A stretch of DNA of 64,000 nucleotides from Octopus sinensis (GCF_006345805.1 NC_043004.1:19902001-19966000), one strand, 5' to 3'; shown: positions 27,201 through 42,114, numbered from the stretch's first letter. The notes: generated from the sequence alone by a model not told the origin. Made by a program: numbers and translations.

Positions 27201-27376
27201 TTCCAGTTTTTGAGATTTATTTCCCAGTTGTCCTGGTAGGTTGTATTAGTGTGTCTGTGTCTTCGGCTACTGACTGGTCAGAGCAGTGAAGAACACGTCC
27301 AGCACCCGTCCAGCCGCAGTCGAGGCTAGCGTCTTCATCCAGTGTCTCTCATTATTATTATTATTGTTGTTGTTAA

Positions 27377-28495
<1,119 letters not shown>

Positions 28496-28525
28496 GGCTA
28501 CCGAATAATAATAATAATGATGATG

Positions 28526-28564
<39 letters not shown>

Positions 28565-28590
28565 TAATAATAATAATAATAATAATAGTA

Positions 28591-28680
<90 letters not shown>

Positions 28681-28681
<1 letters not shown>

Positions 28682-28740
28682 TATGTTTGACTTTTGCTTT
28701 ATATTTGTACAAGTTGGCTCCAAGTCTCACCTAGAGACCT
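28681..28740 (-). mobile_element. Probable extreme 3' end of an R4/Dong-like element with (TAA)n tail
   Basis: Minus strand GGTCTCTAGGTGAGACTTGGAGCCAAC...AAAGTCAAACATAG runs straight into (AAT)n; embedded in the microsatellite. Confidence 0.5.
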
Positions 28741-28813
28741 CATTATTATTATTATTATCATCATTATTATTATTATTATCATCATTATTATTGTTGTTAT
28801 TATTATATTATTA

Positions 28814-28845
<32 letters not shown>

Positions 28846-28847
<2 letters not shown>

Positions 28848-29866
28848 GAGTGATAGAGCAGTGGTTGCCATCAAAGTGACACTGGGGTAAAATATACGAA
28901 GGCCAGTACGCCCATCATGACCACCCGTCTCATAAGGACACACCAGGTACATGCACCACAACCATATGTTTGCGACATGTTGATCTCATACCAAGATAAA
29001 CAGCACATGACCTTGCAGGTGGGGCCCAGTTAGAATTTTCTTCTGGTCGAGTAGCACATCTCGTTCAAAAGGTCCCTGAATAAGGATTGTCTAAGGATAT
29101 TGACCGAACCACCCATGTTTCCAAAAGTGAATTATCCAAACTTCTAAGAATTCCTTTCAACAAACGGCTAGGATGGTCCCCCACTACTTCGGCTTGTGAT
29201 CAGAGATGAACATATCGTCAGCCACTAAGGGACATGCTCAACTGGTTAATGGCAAACAACTGACAAACAATTCTGTGGTATTGAGCAGAATATTTGCAGT
29301 AGCCCATCTTTGATACTAAGACAAAACAATGTACATGATAACACTTCCAATCAGTTAACATCAGGAGCCATGAAAGCCAGTCTGGTATTGCATTAGGGCA
29401 TTATTGTTATTTTTTTCTTCATGTAGACGAAGAAAATATTTGCTACAGCAAATATTCTTCTCAATACTAAAGTTTTGTTGTCAGTTGTTTGACGTTAACC
29501 AGTTGAGCATGTACCTTGATGGCTGACGATCTGTGCATCTGTGACCAAGAGCAGAAGTAGTGGGGGAGCATTCATATCCATGTGTAGTTTCTTTGGGGTT
29601 TGAATGATTGATCTGTGGAAACATGGCTGTTTCGCTTATCATCCTTAAACAAACCTTATTTAGGGACCATTTAAGCGGGATATACTACTTGACCAGAAGA
29701 AACTTCTAATAGAACACAACCTGCAAGTTCCTGCGCTGGTTATCTTGATATTAGATCACCATATGATGATGCATGTGCTTGGTGTAGTCTTATCAGACGG
29801 GTAGTTATGGTAGGTATATCGGTACCCTAGTCTCACTTTTGTGGCATGTGCTACTATCTCACTCAA
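28846..29866. repeat. Inverted pair of a ~450-bp interspersed repeat (28846-29303 / 29442-29866), flanked by (TTA)n left and (TAA)n right
   Basis: Arms align as reverse complements throughout (e.g. GGTCCCTGAATAAGG/CCTTATTTAGGGACC and CATGCTCAACTGGTTAA/TTAACCAGTTGAGCATG), roughly 70-75% identical by eye; ~140-bp spacer. Confidence 0.9.
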
Positions 29867-29877
29867 TAATAATAATA

Positions 29878-29927
<50 letters not shown>

Positions 29928-30149
29928 TTTTCAAATATAGATTTTTTTAATTATTGTAAAGTAATTGGATGTATGAATATTTATAAACATTTTAAGCGTT
30001 TTTAAACCATTTTAAAGAGGCAAGTAACAGGTGGAAATGTCCTAAAATTGTTTCTCTATTCATATCGGTAATAGGTTTTACCACTTTAAAAGTAGATTAT
30101 AATTTGGAGGAAAACGAAGATAGCCAGACGTCATCGCGAATAAATTCTC

Positions 30150-30345
30150 TTATTCTTTTACTCTTTTACTGAAGCACCGCCTTAAAACGTTAAATAAGAA
30201 ATCGGCCCCAGAACTTATTCTTTGTAAACCTAATGCTTATTATATCGGTCTCTTTTACTGGCCAATAAGTTATGGGAACGCAAATAAACCATCATCGGTT
30301 GTCAAGCGATAGTGAGCGACAAACGCAGACAAAAAGATGTACACA
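30150..30345 (-). mobile_element. Family A SINE 3' body fragment
   Basis: GAAGCACCGCCTT...CTTATTCTTTGTAAACCTAATGCTTATTATATCGGTCTC...TCGGTTGTCAAGCGAT is the reverse complement of the SINE body. Confidence 0.75.
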
Positions 30346-30734
30346 CACACACAGACACACACATATTTATATATACCATTTATGTATAAGAAAAAGAATA
30401 TTGAGAAATCGGTATGTAAACATCAATTTATTGAAACAAATACAATTTGGAAGATTGAATATAATTAATTGAACATTTTCAGTGTCAGAACTTGATAGGA
30501 TAAGGAACTACATCCCAATGTCTTAATATATCACTGGTAAACTCTGCATCAAATTCAGATATGTGCATTTATGCATGTGTTTATTCAAATGGTAATGTAC
30601 CCATTTCCATTAATGTGAAGCTAACATCCTAAATTATTTCACTGATACACTGGCTAAAACGGGGTACCTGGATGCTGACATCCCTTTAAGAAGTATTCAT
30701 ATGCTCGAAATAATTTATATATATATATATATAT

Positions 30735-30902
30735 ATCCTATGGGATTCTTTCAATTTCCGTGTACCAAATCCACCCACAAGGCTTTGGTCGGCCCAACGC
30801 TATATTAGAAAACACATGCCCAAGGTCACACGCAGTGGAACTGAACCCTAAACCAAGTGGTCGGGAAGCAAGCTTCTTACCGTACAACCATACTGGCGCC
30901 TA
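30735..30902 (-). mobile_element. Family A SINE head
   Basis: CCAAATCCACCCACAAGGCTTTGGTCGGCCC...GGAACTGAACCC...AAGCAAGCTTCTTACC is the reverse complement of the tRNA-like head. Confidence 0.85.
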
Positions 30903-32815
30903 TATGATTCTTTTTCATTTACACCAATCATAATTAAATAGCGGTTTGTGAATACTTGTAATAACAGCTAGAAAACTTAATTGTTGTTTAAATTGTGGTT
31001 TAAAGTACAAAGGAAATACATATTACATTCATCACCTCATTCTATTTGGCTACCAATAAATGAAATTATAGTTAAATCATTCATAAAATATTGATATATC
31101 CTACACCAGCATGTCACACATTTACACATAGTAACACCATATCTACATTTTCCGAAATATAAAATAATCTCTCAGTAGGTAAATTCTATAAACGATAAAA
31201 CTGCGAGTGTATGAAATAAAAAATAGGATGCCTAATTTTAACTGCAGAATCTTAAACCATTCGAAATACAAAGTAATTTTCTAATATTGATTGTTTAAAC
31301 TGAATAGTACTTCAAAGGTGTCAATTATACCACACAACAAACTGGTAAACAAAGCTTGAAAATAATTTTAGAGGATTCTATAAATAAATAATTGACATGC
31401 TGACATTTGTAATTCATAAATATCACTTAATTGAAATGCAATTAATTACATCAATATCTATTATAGTTGCTCTAAACTATTGACACATCTGCTACAAAAT
31501 CAAAAATATTTTCCTAATTATCGGCCGGGAATATTATTATGAAAAGAAATAATTTATGAGGTAATGAAATGCTCCAAGTGCTTAAGAGCTATGTGGCTTA
31601 AACAGATTGAGGCATATTAGAGAAGAAATGATTTGAAAGATATTTTAATATATTAATGAGAAGCCAGTATTTTGGAAAAAAAATTCAGTTCTACCTTTCC
31701 TTTGTATTCAAACGGTTATATTTCATTTTAGTAATACTAATGTGGAATTTAAGTACTTACACGGAAACAAATCAAGATTTATCCAGAACAATAACTGTTT
31801 TCTCTTTCTTTCTATATTTACAAGTGGAAGCATAGATATGTGTAACAACAAGTGGCTACATGTAGGTGGAGATATGTGAGTTAACCGAAGTGATTTACAG
31901 TAAATTATCTTATTAACTCAATTAACTCAATATTGATTACGATCAGATCCAAATTCGTGATATGAATTGCTGTCATTTAGAAATAACTGATACAAAGATC
32001 TGCTAGCGGTTCAATATTTCCGAATCTTGGACAAAGATAGTCATCAATTAATGTCTATAATATTGCTTCATTTGTTCAGGCATATATAGTGTGAGAAATA
32101 TGATACTGATGGAAGATAAAAGTTGAGAGTTATCTTAGATATATAATTCAGTTTGATATAAGATGGTTAATAATTATATAACACTGCGGAATTCAGGTCG
32201 GCCTATGTTTGTGATTTTGTCATAACTTTTACTATACAGTAAACCAGCGTCTCATAGATATATATTTATAGGAATGTACGTATGTATGTATGCATGTATG
32301 TATGTATGCATGTATGTATGTATGTATGTATATATGTATGTATTTATGTATCCCATCTACTACATTTCGACAATTTCTACCGTGTTTGCGCATCTTTTTT
32401 TCATCGCATTCCACAAGTAGAAGACATTTTTACATCCCTCAGTTTCTTCAACATTAGTCTTTGTCTACTTCTCATTCTCTTTTCTTCTTTCCTTTTACAA
32501 AGACTATCACACGCTTGTCACTGTATTCATTTATTTATTTGCTTTCTCACCCATTTAAAAATTGTTTACACATTATTTTTCTGTAAATCACTAATAACTA
32601 AAACGAAGGTTTTCTTTGTTATAACTGTTGTATTGTCTACTACTTATATTCGAGCACAATTTGTAGTCTTTGTTTGTAAATTTGCGTATCTATCTATCTA
32701 TTTTAACATATAAACATAGATATACGTACACATCTACATAGGAATATACATGTAAATACATATACATATATATATATATACGTAAGCATACACACACACA
32801 CACACACGCACACAC

Positions 32816-32862
<47 letters not shown>

Positions 32863-32865
<3 letters not shown>

Positions 32866-33420
32866 GTTGTGGTGAATAAACTGTAGTGTAAATACGCAAA
32901 AATGAAAATAATACTTGTATCTCATTTTAAATTATCTTGAAATACTAAAGAGTAAATTTATTCGATAAAATCGCCATTGGCTTTAACCACAACCTCCAGA
33001 CGAATTCGGAATCTCCTGCAACTCTTCTGCACGGTCTCCTTGTGAAAGCTAGTGAATGCTACCATAATGCTTGACTTCAGTTCATCTTTCGTTTTACAAG
33101 GAGTTTTGCTGGTCTCTCCAATCACCATGATGTTGAATGGGTGTTTGGTTTTTATCACTCTTGGTACATGTGCTCAGATTGCACTGTCCTGAGAGCGACA
33201 CCCAAGCACTCTGAAATGTCCGTATTGGAGCGAATGCCAAGCAGTACAGCATGTCGTTTCCAAATTTTTAGCAGAGTGAATTGCGACATGGTGCTGTTTT
33301 TCTCACAGACGGTGTCCAACTGACTCTACTATATTGTGATGTTGACGAAATCAAAACAAACAATGCGCATGCATTGTTTGTTCAAAATCTAAAATGGCGA
33401 CACATAATCATCGAACCCTG
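32863..33420 (-). mobile_element. Internally deleted Tc1/mariner (maT-like) transposon
   Basis: TA-CAGG at both ends (32861-66; CCCTG-TA at 33416-22), within (TA)n. ORF 32958-33158 KTKDELKSSIMVAF...KSCRRFRIRLEVVVKANGDFIE matches a transposase C-terminus. Confidence 0.75.
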
Positions 33421-33432
33421 TATACATACATA

Positions 33433-33489
<57 letters not shown>

Positions 33490-33496
33490 TATATTT

Positions 33497-35035
33497 AAGG
33501 ATGTAGAAAAATACAACATGGACAAGAACGTATAACTCTTAGAAGACGATACAATAAACATGGACAGGACATTCGAACCCCTCAGTCTTCAGTCAAGAAC
33601 CGGATCATCGTAGTAATTTCGGGATTAATCTTGAGATTACTAATCACGGCCAGCCCTCCAAGAAAAACACTAAGCAACGAGCATTAGAAAGAAAAACTAA
33701 GCTGAAGCGTAAGATTTTTCCTGAAGAAGGATCGAATGCATACGAACACCAGGACAGCAAAAGGGACAGATATAAGAAAAAAAACAAAAACAATAATGAA
33801 TACAGAAACATGAAATACAGAAGCATTAACGGTGAAAACAACAAGTGTCTTACGACTGATACAAGCAAACAATTTTTCTCTCTGGCGCATGGAAAAAGCC
33901 TTTATAGCGGCGGACGAAAAACAACGATGTTAACACGACGAGGGTCAGGAGCTGAAAGGCAGATTTCGGCCAACAGTCACGTGACAGAGAAGAGGGAAAA
34001 AGACAAGAAAGAGAAGCAAAGGAGAGAGAGAGAGAAAGGGGAACAAAACGCAACAAGAGAGAGAAGAAAGGAATCAGAGAGGAGAAGGGATGGGTGTCGA
34101 AGAATGACCTGTGAGTGCAGAGCGAGACAAGAAATAGGAGGGTAGTTGAAGACTAGACCAAGGTATCAGAGGAAAGAGAGATGAATAGAGAGAAAAGAAG
34201 AGAGAGGGGGGACAGATCAGTAAAGTGATGAGAGAGAGAGAGAGACAAACAGAGAGTCGTACCAATTATTAAGAATATGTGTTACATTAATGATAAGGGG
34301 GTACGGGGGCGCCTGGAATATATGTTAAGGTATGTAGAAAATACAACATGGACAAGAACGTATACTCTTAGAAACGATACAATAAACATGGACGGACATT
34401 CGAACCCCTCAGTCTTCAGTCAGAACCGGATCATCGTAGTATTTCGGCTGATTAATCTTGAGTTACTAGATCACGGCCAGCCCTCCAAGAAAAACTAGCA
34501 ACGAGCATTAGAAAAACTAAGCTGGAAGCGTAGATTTCCTGGAAGAAGGATCGAATGCATACGAACACCAGGACAGCAAAGGGACAGATATAAGAAAAAA
34601 AACAAAAACAATAATGGATACAGAAACATGAAATACAGAAGCATTAACGTTGAAACAACAAGTGTCTTACGACTGATAACAAGCAAACAATTTTTCTCTC
34701 TGGCGCAATTGAAAAAAGCCTTTATAGCGGCGGACGAAAAACAACGTATGTTACGCACTACTATATATAGAGAGAGAGAGGAGAGAGAGAGAGAAAGAGA
34801 GAGAAGAGAGACAGAGAGAGAGAGAGCAAAGTGTACGTACGCCGCCATATATATATATAATACAAAATGGGACAAGAACGCAACACATCTGGACAGCTAG
34901 GTGATACAAAAAGGGACAACAAAACATCCAGATGGACGATACAAAGAAAACAAGGATGGGTCCTTCGAAGCCCTCCATCCCCAGTCAAGAATCAGGTTAT
35001 CCTCGCAATTTCGGCTGATTATTCTTGAGATTGCT
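33497..35035. repeat. Tandem ~440-bp unit (33497-33935, 34327-34755) plus diverged partial third copy (~34860-35035); class unknown
   Basis: Copies 1 and 2 are colinear and differ mainly by 1-3-nt indels; they are separated by an AG-rich tract. Confidence 0.85.
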
Positions 35036-35149
35036 CCAATATAACCGTAAATATTATCAACTCACTGAGGATGTTTTTTTACTCAATAATAATTTAGCAA
35101 ACTTTAAAGTAATTCTTTAAATGAATAATTCAACCAACTTAACAACAAT

Positions 35150-37025
35150 TACTATAGTACTCCGTATATCATGTGAGCGTGTGTGTGTTCGCGTACGTGC
35201 GCACGTATGAACGTCTGTTTTCTTTGGCCATTATCATATCCCACAGAAATCATTTTTCGCCTTTCTATCTGTTGCGTCACTTCGCTAAATATAATTGTTT
35301 ACCTTCAACTGAAAGCTTTTTAAGAGACTCATATACGTACGATACTATGATATTAATACTAACACATCAGAATTATAGATATTTAGTTACAACTATTGGA
35401 ATTTTATTTTGAATGAAGAAAACTACCTCACAACAAAATGACACAAATTATGAGAGGGAAGCATAATTGGTTATCTATATATGGAAAATAATTAAAATCC
35501 TAATTCTTATTACTATTTTGTTCCTTTGCTAAAGTACTTGTATATTAATTAATTGATATAAATTTGGTAATAAGACATGATTACTATAGTCCGTTTAGTC
35601 TGTGTGTAGCACTAATAATTATTTTGTGAATTTAAAGTTTGTAAATCTATAAATTTTATGTCTGAAAATACGCGATTACCATTAACATTAACACTAAAAA
35701 CTAATTGTAATCCTTAGTACTCAATAAAGGAACCTTAATCTTTGGTCCTTAGTTCATGTTATAGTGCTCCGTATATCGGTCCAACATACATGGAGATTTA
35801 AACTGAACACCTTCCCTTGACAAGTCTAGATGCTTGGTTTACCTCAACTGGTAAGAAATGTCGCGTCTGTCCTCCTGCACTGTAAATTCAACCACGATAA
35901 TTCAGTAGTTCTGCATAGCGGGAACGTGTCTGATCCGGGCGATGTTACCATTATCACATTGGGGAAGATACTCCTCCTCTCCAGGTCTATCTCTATCATC
36001 CAGTAGCTAAAGTGTGATTAAGGTAGATACAACTACTTATTTTAACAGACAGTGTGACCATGTAGGTAAGAATTCTTTGGGTCAACACAATAGAGACAAG
36101 CCAAAGTTGGGAAGGGTTTCAACGTGGTTATATGGCGTGTTAGTAACAGCAAAAAATGTTCCTCAAAACGTAAGGCAAAAATTTTCATAATGTGGATAAT
36201 GTTATTCTGAACTTCCAGTAAATGATATAAGTGGCCACGATTGGAAGTGCGTTTGGTCTTAGGTCTCTCTAATGAAAGCATATAACAACAAGAAAGGGAA
36301 GGACACATAAGATATTGTAAATCTAGATAGCCGTAAATACACGGAATGGTCAAATCAGAAATACTTGCGATGAATCTTTGAACTCCAGTTAATATTTGAA
36401 CTCCAAATAATATTTGAACTCCAATTCTTGTCTCTCAGAAAAGAGAGAACTTTAAATTATATACCATATTCCTATATTGGCTCCCATTAACTTTTTAACT
36501 TCGCTCGATACATTGCTAACTATGCAAATATTCTTGCCTGGATGTGAGAGAAAATTAGAAGATTATATGCAGCAATATATTGATATCTTTAACCGAGTAA
36601 CATTTCAAGGTGAGTAATGTCTGTTAAATTCACTTCAAGGCATTAATAGAAATGGAAGGTGAAGCTGCAAATTAGAACGTAGAGATAAATGGATAATGCA
36701 AAGCATATATCTCGATGCTGTACACTTTCTGTAAACTCTTCCATTAAAAATATAGTGTTAATTCAAATCAAATTTTATTGTAAAAAATAAAATACGAAAT
36801 AAATATTTTCTTGTTTCAAAACGAAATATATTCTAGTGATAATGTTAAGACTACATGGATATGGTTTTGGAATTAATCTTGAAAACAAAAGAAATAAACA
36901 AAACTTGACGTTACTTTAAGGAACTAAACAACATCAAATCAACTTGGATATCCAGTCTTGTAGATCTGTCATAGAAATTAATGGAAATATAATAGAATTG
37001 CATGACAAGTAACATTGAACTAATC
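35150..37025 (+). repeat. Left arm of ~1.9-kb old inverted duplication
   Basis: Colinear reverse-complement blocks with 38230-40060, e.g. TATAGTACTCCGTATATC, GCGATTACCAT..ATTGTAATCCTTA.TACTCAATAA, GGAAGGA.ACAT.AGATA and CAACTTGGATATCCAGTCTTGTAGATCTGTCAT. Confidence 0.9.
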
Positions 37026-38229
37026 TCTCCCATTTCTGAAATAAACTTTGAAACTTGTTATAAATATAATTACTTCTGCCGACTTCAACCTAATCGGAAA
37101 GAACGTATGCTAAGATGAATTTATAGTTAGGTGTTTTTCTTCGTTGCTCATCATATGACAGAATATCTATGACCAAATCTTGATGAGTTAACAAATGTAA
37201 TTTTTATAGTTAAGATTAACATTTATTTCTTCCTCATAGAGTTATTGATCATTGATTTAGTACATGCTGATATCATTATTCAACTAGTACGAGCCACTTT
37301 CGAACAGTGTTCATGCCATCGTATCTTCAGAGTACAGGTTAAAAGCTAGGCAGAAAGTCAATAAATTTTCATAAGTAACTATAATAGACTTGCATATTTG
37401 TCATTTAATCACAGTAATCTTCTTTGTAATATTGTATATTCACTGTATGAACTGCTCTCTTGTGAGCCATAATCTGGGGAACAGTGTAGAAAACAGGTTG
37501 CCGTAATTAGTTACGACCATTTATGCCCTAACCTCAAGTTTCCGAGGAATCAATGTTACCAATAATCATGTTAGTGTCTTTACAATAGCGAGTAGGGACA
37601 CATAGGAGTCAAGTTACTTCAGTCGAGTGTTCTTTCCTTGTGACTTGTGCATAGTTACAAAATTATTTCACTTTATATAAACGAAGCGTAGTTGTGTATT
37701 TCAGGAGTTTACTTCAACAACCAACATATTGTTCTGTGTTCATGTTTTCTCTCTTCATTTCTTCATTGTTCTTGACCTAGTGAGTCCATAAATAGATGCC
37801 AATAAAATAACTGATAGTACGCAAGTACGGGATTCAATATGATCGATTAAACGTGTTACAGAATCGTTTGAAAAAACAAAGACCTAAACAAAAAAAATAA
37901 TGCATATGTAAATTAGACAGGTAAACATGATCTGAAGACAGTAATGGCATGAATGTTGATTGAAGGTAGATAATGACATTAACAAGAATTGAACCAATCA
38001 ATAACTCTAAAAATTCTAGTGTTAAAGATAAAAAAAGATGTATATTTACTAACCAACCAAATTTGGCTGTAGACGTATTGCCATACCGAGGGCAAAGTCT
38101 TAAAATGTAGACAAATACCAAATTCATCTTAGTATAAGAAATAAACGTTTGCGTTCTTTCACAGGAAGTTGAATTCAGCTGAAGTAATTATCTCTGGAAC
38201 AAGTTTTAAAATTTATTTCAGTAATGTGA

Positions 38230-40060
38230 AAGATTAATTCAATGTTATTTATCATGGAATTCTATTATATTTCCATTAATTTCGATGACAGATCTACAAG
38301 ACTGGATATCCAAGTTGATTTGACGTTGTTAGGTTCGATAGAACAACGTCAAGTTCTCTTTATTTCTTTTGTGTTCAAAATTAATTCCAAAATCATATCC
38401 ATGTAATTTTAAGATTATCACTAGAATATATTTAGTTTTGAAACAAGACAAGTATCTGTTTAATATTTTATCTTTAAAATAAAATTTAATTTGTAACTCT
38501 CAATTAAGAACTATATTTTATGGAAGAGTTGACAGAAAATGTACAGCAACGGATTGCAATGTTCAGCAATGTACAGTCAAGATTACTTTATTTAGTTACC
38601 TCTGTGTTCATATTTTCAATTTCGTCTTTCATTATCATTAATGAGTTGGAGTTAATTTAACAGACATTACTCGCCTAGAAGTGTTGCGCAGTTAGAGATA
38701 TAAGAATGTTGTTGCAGTTAGTCTTCTAATTGTCTCTCATGTCCAAGCACGGACATTTGCATACTTTACCATATATCGGCCTATGTTAAAGAAGTAATGT
38801 CAGCTAATATAGAAAGTTTTTTCTCTCTCCTAATGCAGAGAATTGGAATTCAAATATCACTATAATTTATTTCATTCCACTTGAAAAGGAAAAACACCCG
38901 TTATGTTTTCTGGGCCTATGTCGGCTGTGATTCATGAAATATATTTCCGTTTCGATCATTCCAGTAATATATGGCTATCTAACATTACATTATCTAATGT
39001 ATCCTTCCACTTATTAGAAAATCAATTATCGTGCTTGAGTTTATAATGCCCTGGGATGATAGTCTCGAAATTTTTCACCGGCTGAAGCCAACTGTGTACC
39101 AGGACTTGATCGAGGAGACATGCGTCAAGGGATGGTACGCAGCCTAATTCCTCATAAAAGATGGATTGATGTACGGAGCATTATAAAATGAATTAAGGAC
39201 TAAGGATTAAGGACCCATTATTGAGTATTAAGGATTACAATAAGTTTTTCACTGTTATTGTTCATGGTAATCGCATATTACAAGCAAGACCCAATTTTTT
39301 ATATTTATGAATTAGTTATACAGACTTGATAAGAGAAATATAGTAGCCCTATATTACAGTAAAATTTGCATGAAGGAATTGGTACAGAAGTAGTTGTAGC
39401 ATAGTACAAAAATACTAAAAAGAATAAAGAGAATCAGTTTTGTCTCCCTCCCATTTGATTAATTTCGTCGTGAGTTTGTATGCGTCATTCAAAATATGAT
39501 TGCAATAATTACAATTAATTGTCTATAATATTGGTTTCAAACTTTAGCATAAGGCCAGCAATTTTGGGGGTTGGGGTACGTCGTTTACACCGACCCCAAT
39601 GCTCAACTGCTACTTATTTCATCGACCCCGAAAGTTTGTAAGGCAAAGTCGACCCCAGCGGTATTTGAACACAAAACGTAAAGTCGGAAGAAATTTTAAG
39701 CAATTTTGTCCGCTGCGGTAACGATTCCGCCAGGTCGCTATCTGTAAGGCAAAGACGAACGCGGCGGGCTTGAAACTCAGAACGCGAAGCCGAACGAAAT
39801 GCCGGTAAGCTTTCTGCCCGGCGTATTAACAATACTGCCAGCTTGCCGCCTGAAATGCCTATAATACTGATACGCTAGAAGAAATATTATACATTCGTAA
39901 CTACTGAGCGAAGCGGGTGAGAGAGACAGAGGGTAGGAAGAGTTTACTGGGGGATATACTAATGATCATAGAGAGGAAAATGTGGAACGCCATAATTACA
40001 TTCACTTCCACATCGACTTCTGCACTCACGCACATAAGATATACGGAGTACTATAAAAAG
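38230..40060 (-). repeat. Right arm of inverted duplication (interrupted by a SINE)
   Basis: See left arm; lacks most of 35870-36290; homology resumes on the far side of the 39531-39858 SINE. Confidence 0.9.
39531..39858 (-). mobile_element. tRNA-derived SINE family B with 8-bp TSD (CTATAATA at 39523-30 and 39859-66)
   Basis: CGACCCCGAAAG...GGCAAAGTCGACC...ATTTGAAC (reverse complement of a GTTCAAAT B-box); flanking direct repeat read directly. Confidence 0.85.
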
Positions 40061-40584
40061 TTCTTGTTTTGTGAAATTGTATTTTCGGTAAAAATGGGTC
40101 AATGAAGTTGTGGCAATAGTAAAGAGGCAATATCAAACAATTTGTATTTTCTTGTTGGGCATTTTTTTAAATCCAAGATTTTGTAACGCAATTTACTTTA
40201 CAGCAGACAATTATCGTCTGCTAGGCAAAGTGGATGAATTTTATGTTGTTTGGTATATTATAAAATATGGATAGTAATAATCGATAGAATAAGGAACAGA
40301 TAAAGCATGAGAGTAGCGATTAGTGACAGGAGCAGCAGTGGACAAGAGACTATGAATGAGAACAAAAAGAATAGTGGAAACGCATACTTGAACCTTATGT
40401 CATTAAAGTCATATTCTGTATAATCATTATAATGACAATAGAATATTAAATGGAACTCAGTATTTGTGTCGGAATAGAAACGTTTTATTCCCTCAAGTAT
40501 AGTGTTGTCCAAAAGAACCGAGATTTTTCCCCATAAATAATATTTGATAGAATTGTTCTCTTCCTGTAAGCATATTATGAGCTA

Positions 40585-41855
40585 TCAGGCCATCCCATAA
40601 GTTCTGTCCGAATTTTCAATAAAGAAAACAAGTGATCGAATGTTATATTTAATTGAAATTTAATCATCAATGTACTTTCCCTGATTATCTATGACTTCCT
40701 TCCATCTATTTACAAGCCTTTTAATCCTATCAATGTTAAACTCTTTTGATTTCAAAGCGAAGAACACTGAAATGTTAGTTTCAACCTCCTCATCGCTTGC
40801 GAAAATTATGTCCCACAAATGATTCTGTAAACTACGAAACAAATGGTAATCTGAAGGAGCAAGGTAGGGAGAATAAGGTGGATGAAGAATTTTTTCCCAA
40901 CAAAGCTTTTCGATTTACTGTGATGTGATCTTTGCAGTGAGGGGTTGCGCATTGGCCTGATGAAACATCACTCCTTTTCGATTCACTAAAGCGGGTCTTT
41001 TTTTCGTCAAAGCTTGGTTGAAACGCTCTAATTGCTGACAGGGGACTTGAGCATTGATTTTTGCATTAGGTGGTAACAATTCAAAGTGAATTACTCGTTC
41101 ACAAATACACCAGATAGAGAGAAGAACCTTTTTCCCTTGACGTTTGTGGTTGAGCCTTTTCCCTTTTACCAAGCCACTGAGTACGACGTTTAACATTTCT
41201 ATAGAATATCCATTATTCGTCACAAGTCTATCCAAATGAGGGTGAAATGAGTTCGCGAAAATGAAGAGAAGAGCAGATGTCAACTCGGGATTTGCGGTTA
41301 CTTTCGGACATTTCATGAGGCACCCATTTTCCAAGTTTAGGAACCTTTCCAGGTTGTTGGGGATGACGATGAACAGTTGTATGGTTTGAACTCAGCTTTA
41401 TTGCCAATTCTTCAGCTGATAATGCAGGATTTTCTTCAAGTAATGCCTCAAGGAGCTTATCATCGAACTCAACTAGACGTCCTGTTCGATCTTCATCTTT
41501 AAGACCGAAATCTCCACTTCTGAATTTTGCAAACCATCTTCTGCAAGTTCTTTCATTCAAGCATTCTTTACCATAAACTGAGTGTATGTTTCGAGTCGCT
41601 TTGGCTGCAGTGTATCTGTTTTTGTACTCATAAAGCATTAAGTGCCTCAAATGTTCTTTGGATACTTCCATGTTAAAAAAGGGTTTTAATCAAAGAAATT
41701 TTAATTCTATTATTCTGTAAAATAATATTTAATTAATTTAAATGTACAGAAATGCATAAAAATAATTTTTAATTCCATTAGACATTCTAAAATACTATTA
41801 AATTTCATTCAATTTTAAAAAAGGAAAATCAGACAGAACTTATGGTATGACCTGA
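40585..41855 (-). mobile_element. Full-length mariner transposon (~1271 bp), TA target duplication
   Basis: TIRs TCAGGCCATCCCATAAGTTCTGTCCGAATTTT / reverse complement TCAGGTCATACCATAAGTTCTGTCTGATTTT, flanked by TA at 40583-84 and 41856-57. Confidence 0.95.
40660..41671 (-). pseudogene. Frameshifted mariner transposase (Hsmar1/Mos1-like, D,D34D type)
   Basis: ORF pieces with HTH region, GKWVPHEM (WVPHEL motif), DRLVT, HQANAQP (HDNARPH) and PYSPYLAPSDYHLFRSLQN; split over three frames, catalytic Asp positions altered. Confidence 0.92.
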
Positions 41856-42114
41856 TACAATTGAAACTTTTCCTTTGTTTCATTTATAGTGAAAATAAAT
41901 ATAGCTGAAGGTTAAGGATGTAATTGACCCAAAGTTAAACGATTGCCAGAAATACTATTATCTACTATAAAAAAACAAAACTGAAGCATTACATGATTAG
42001 GTAAACCCTTAAAATGATCAGTGTTTATCCTAAGGTACATACTATATACATCGTTATTCAACATTACAATTTAAACATTCAGTTATATAAATAGAACAGA
42101 ATATTTAGATAAAT

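Noticed and set aside
33715-33760. CTGAAGA motifs in the 440-bp tandem unit (both strands)
   Set aside because: Not followed by a stem II + GAAA + stem III/UH arrangement.
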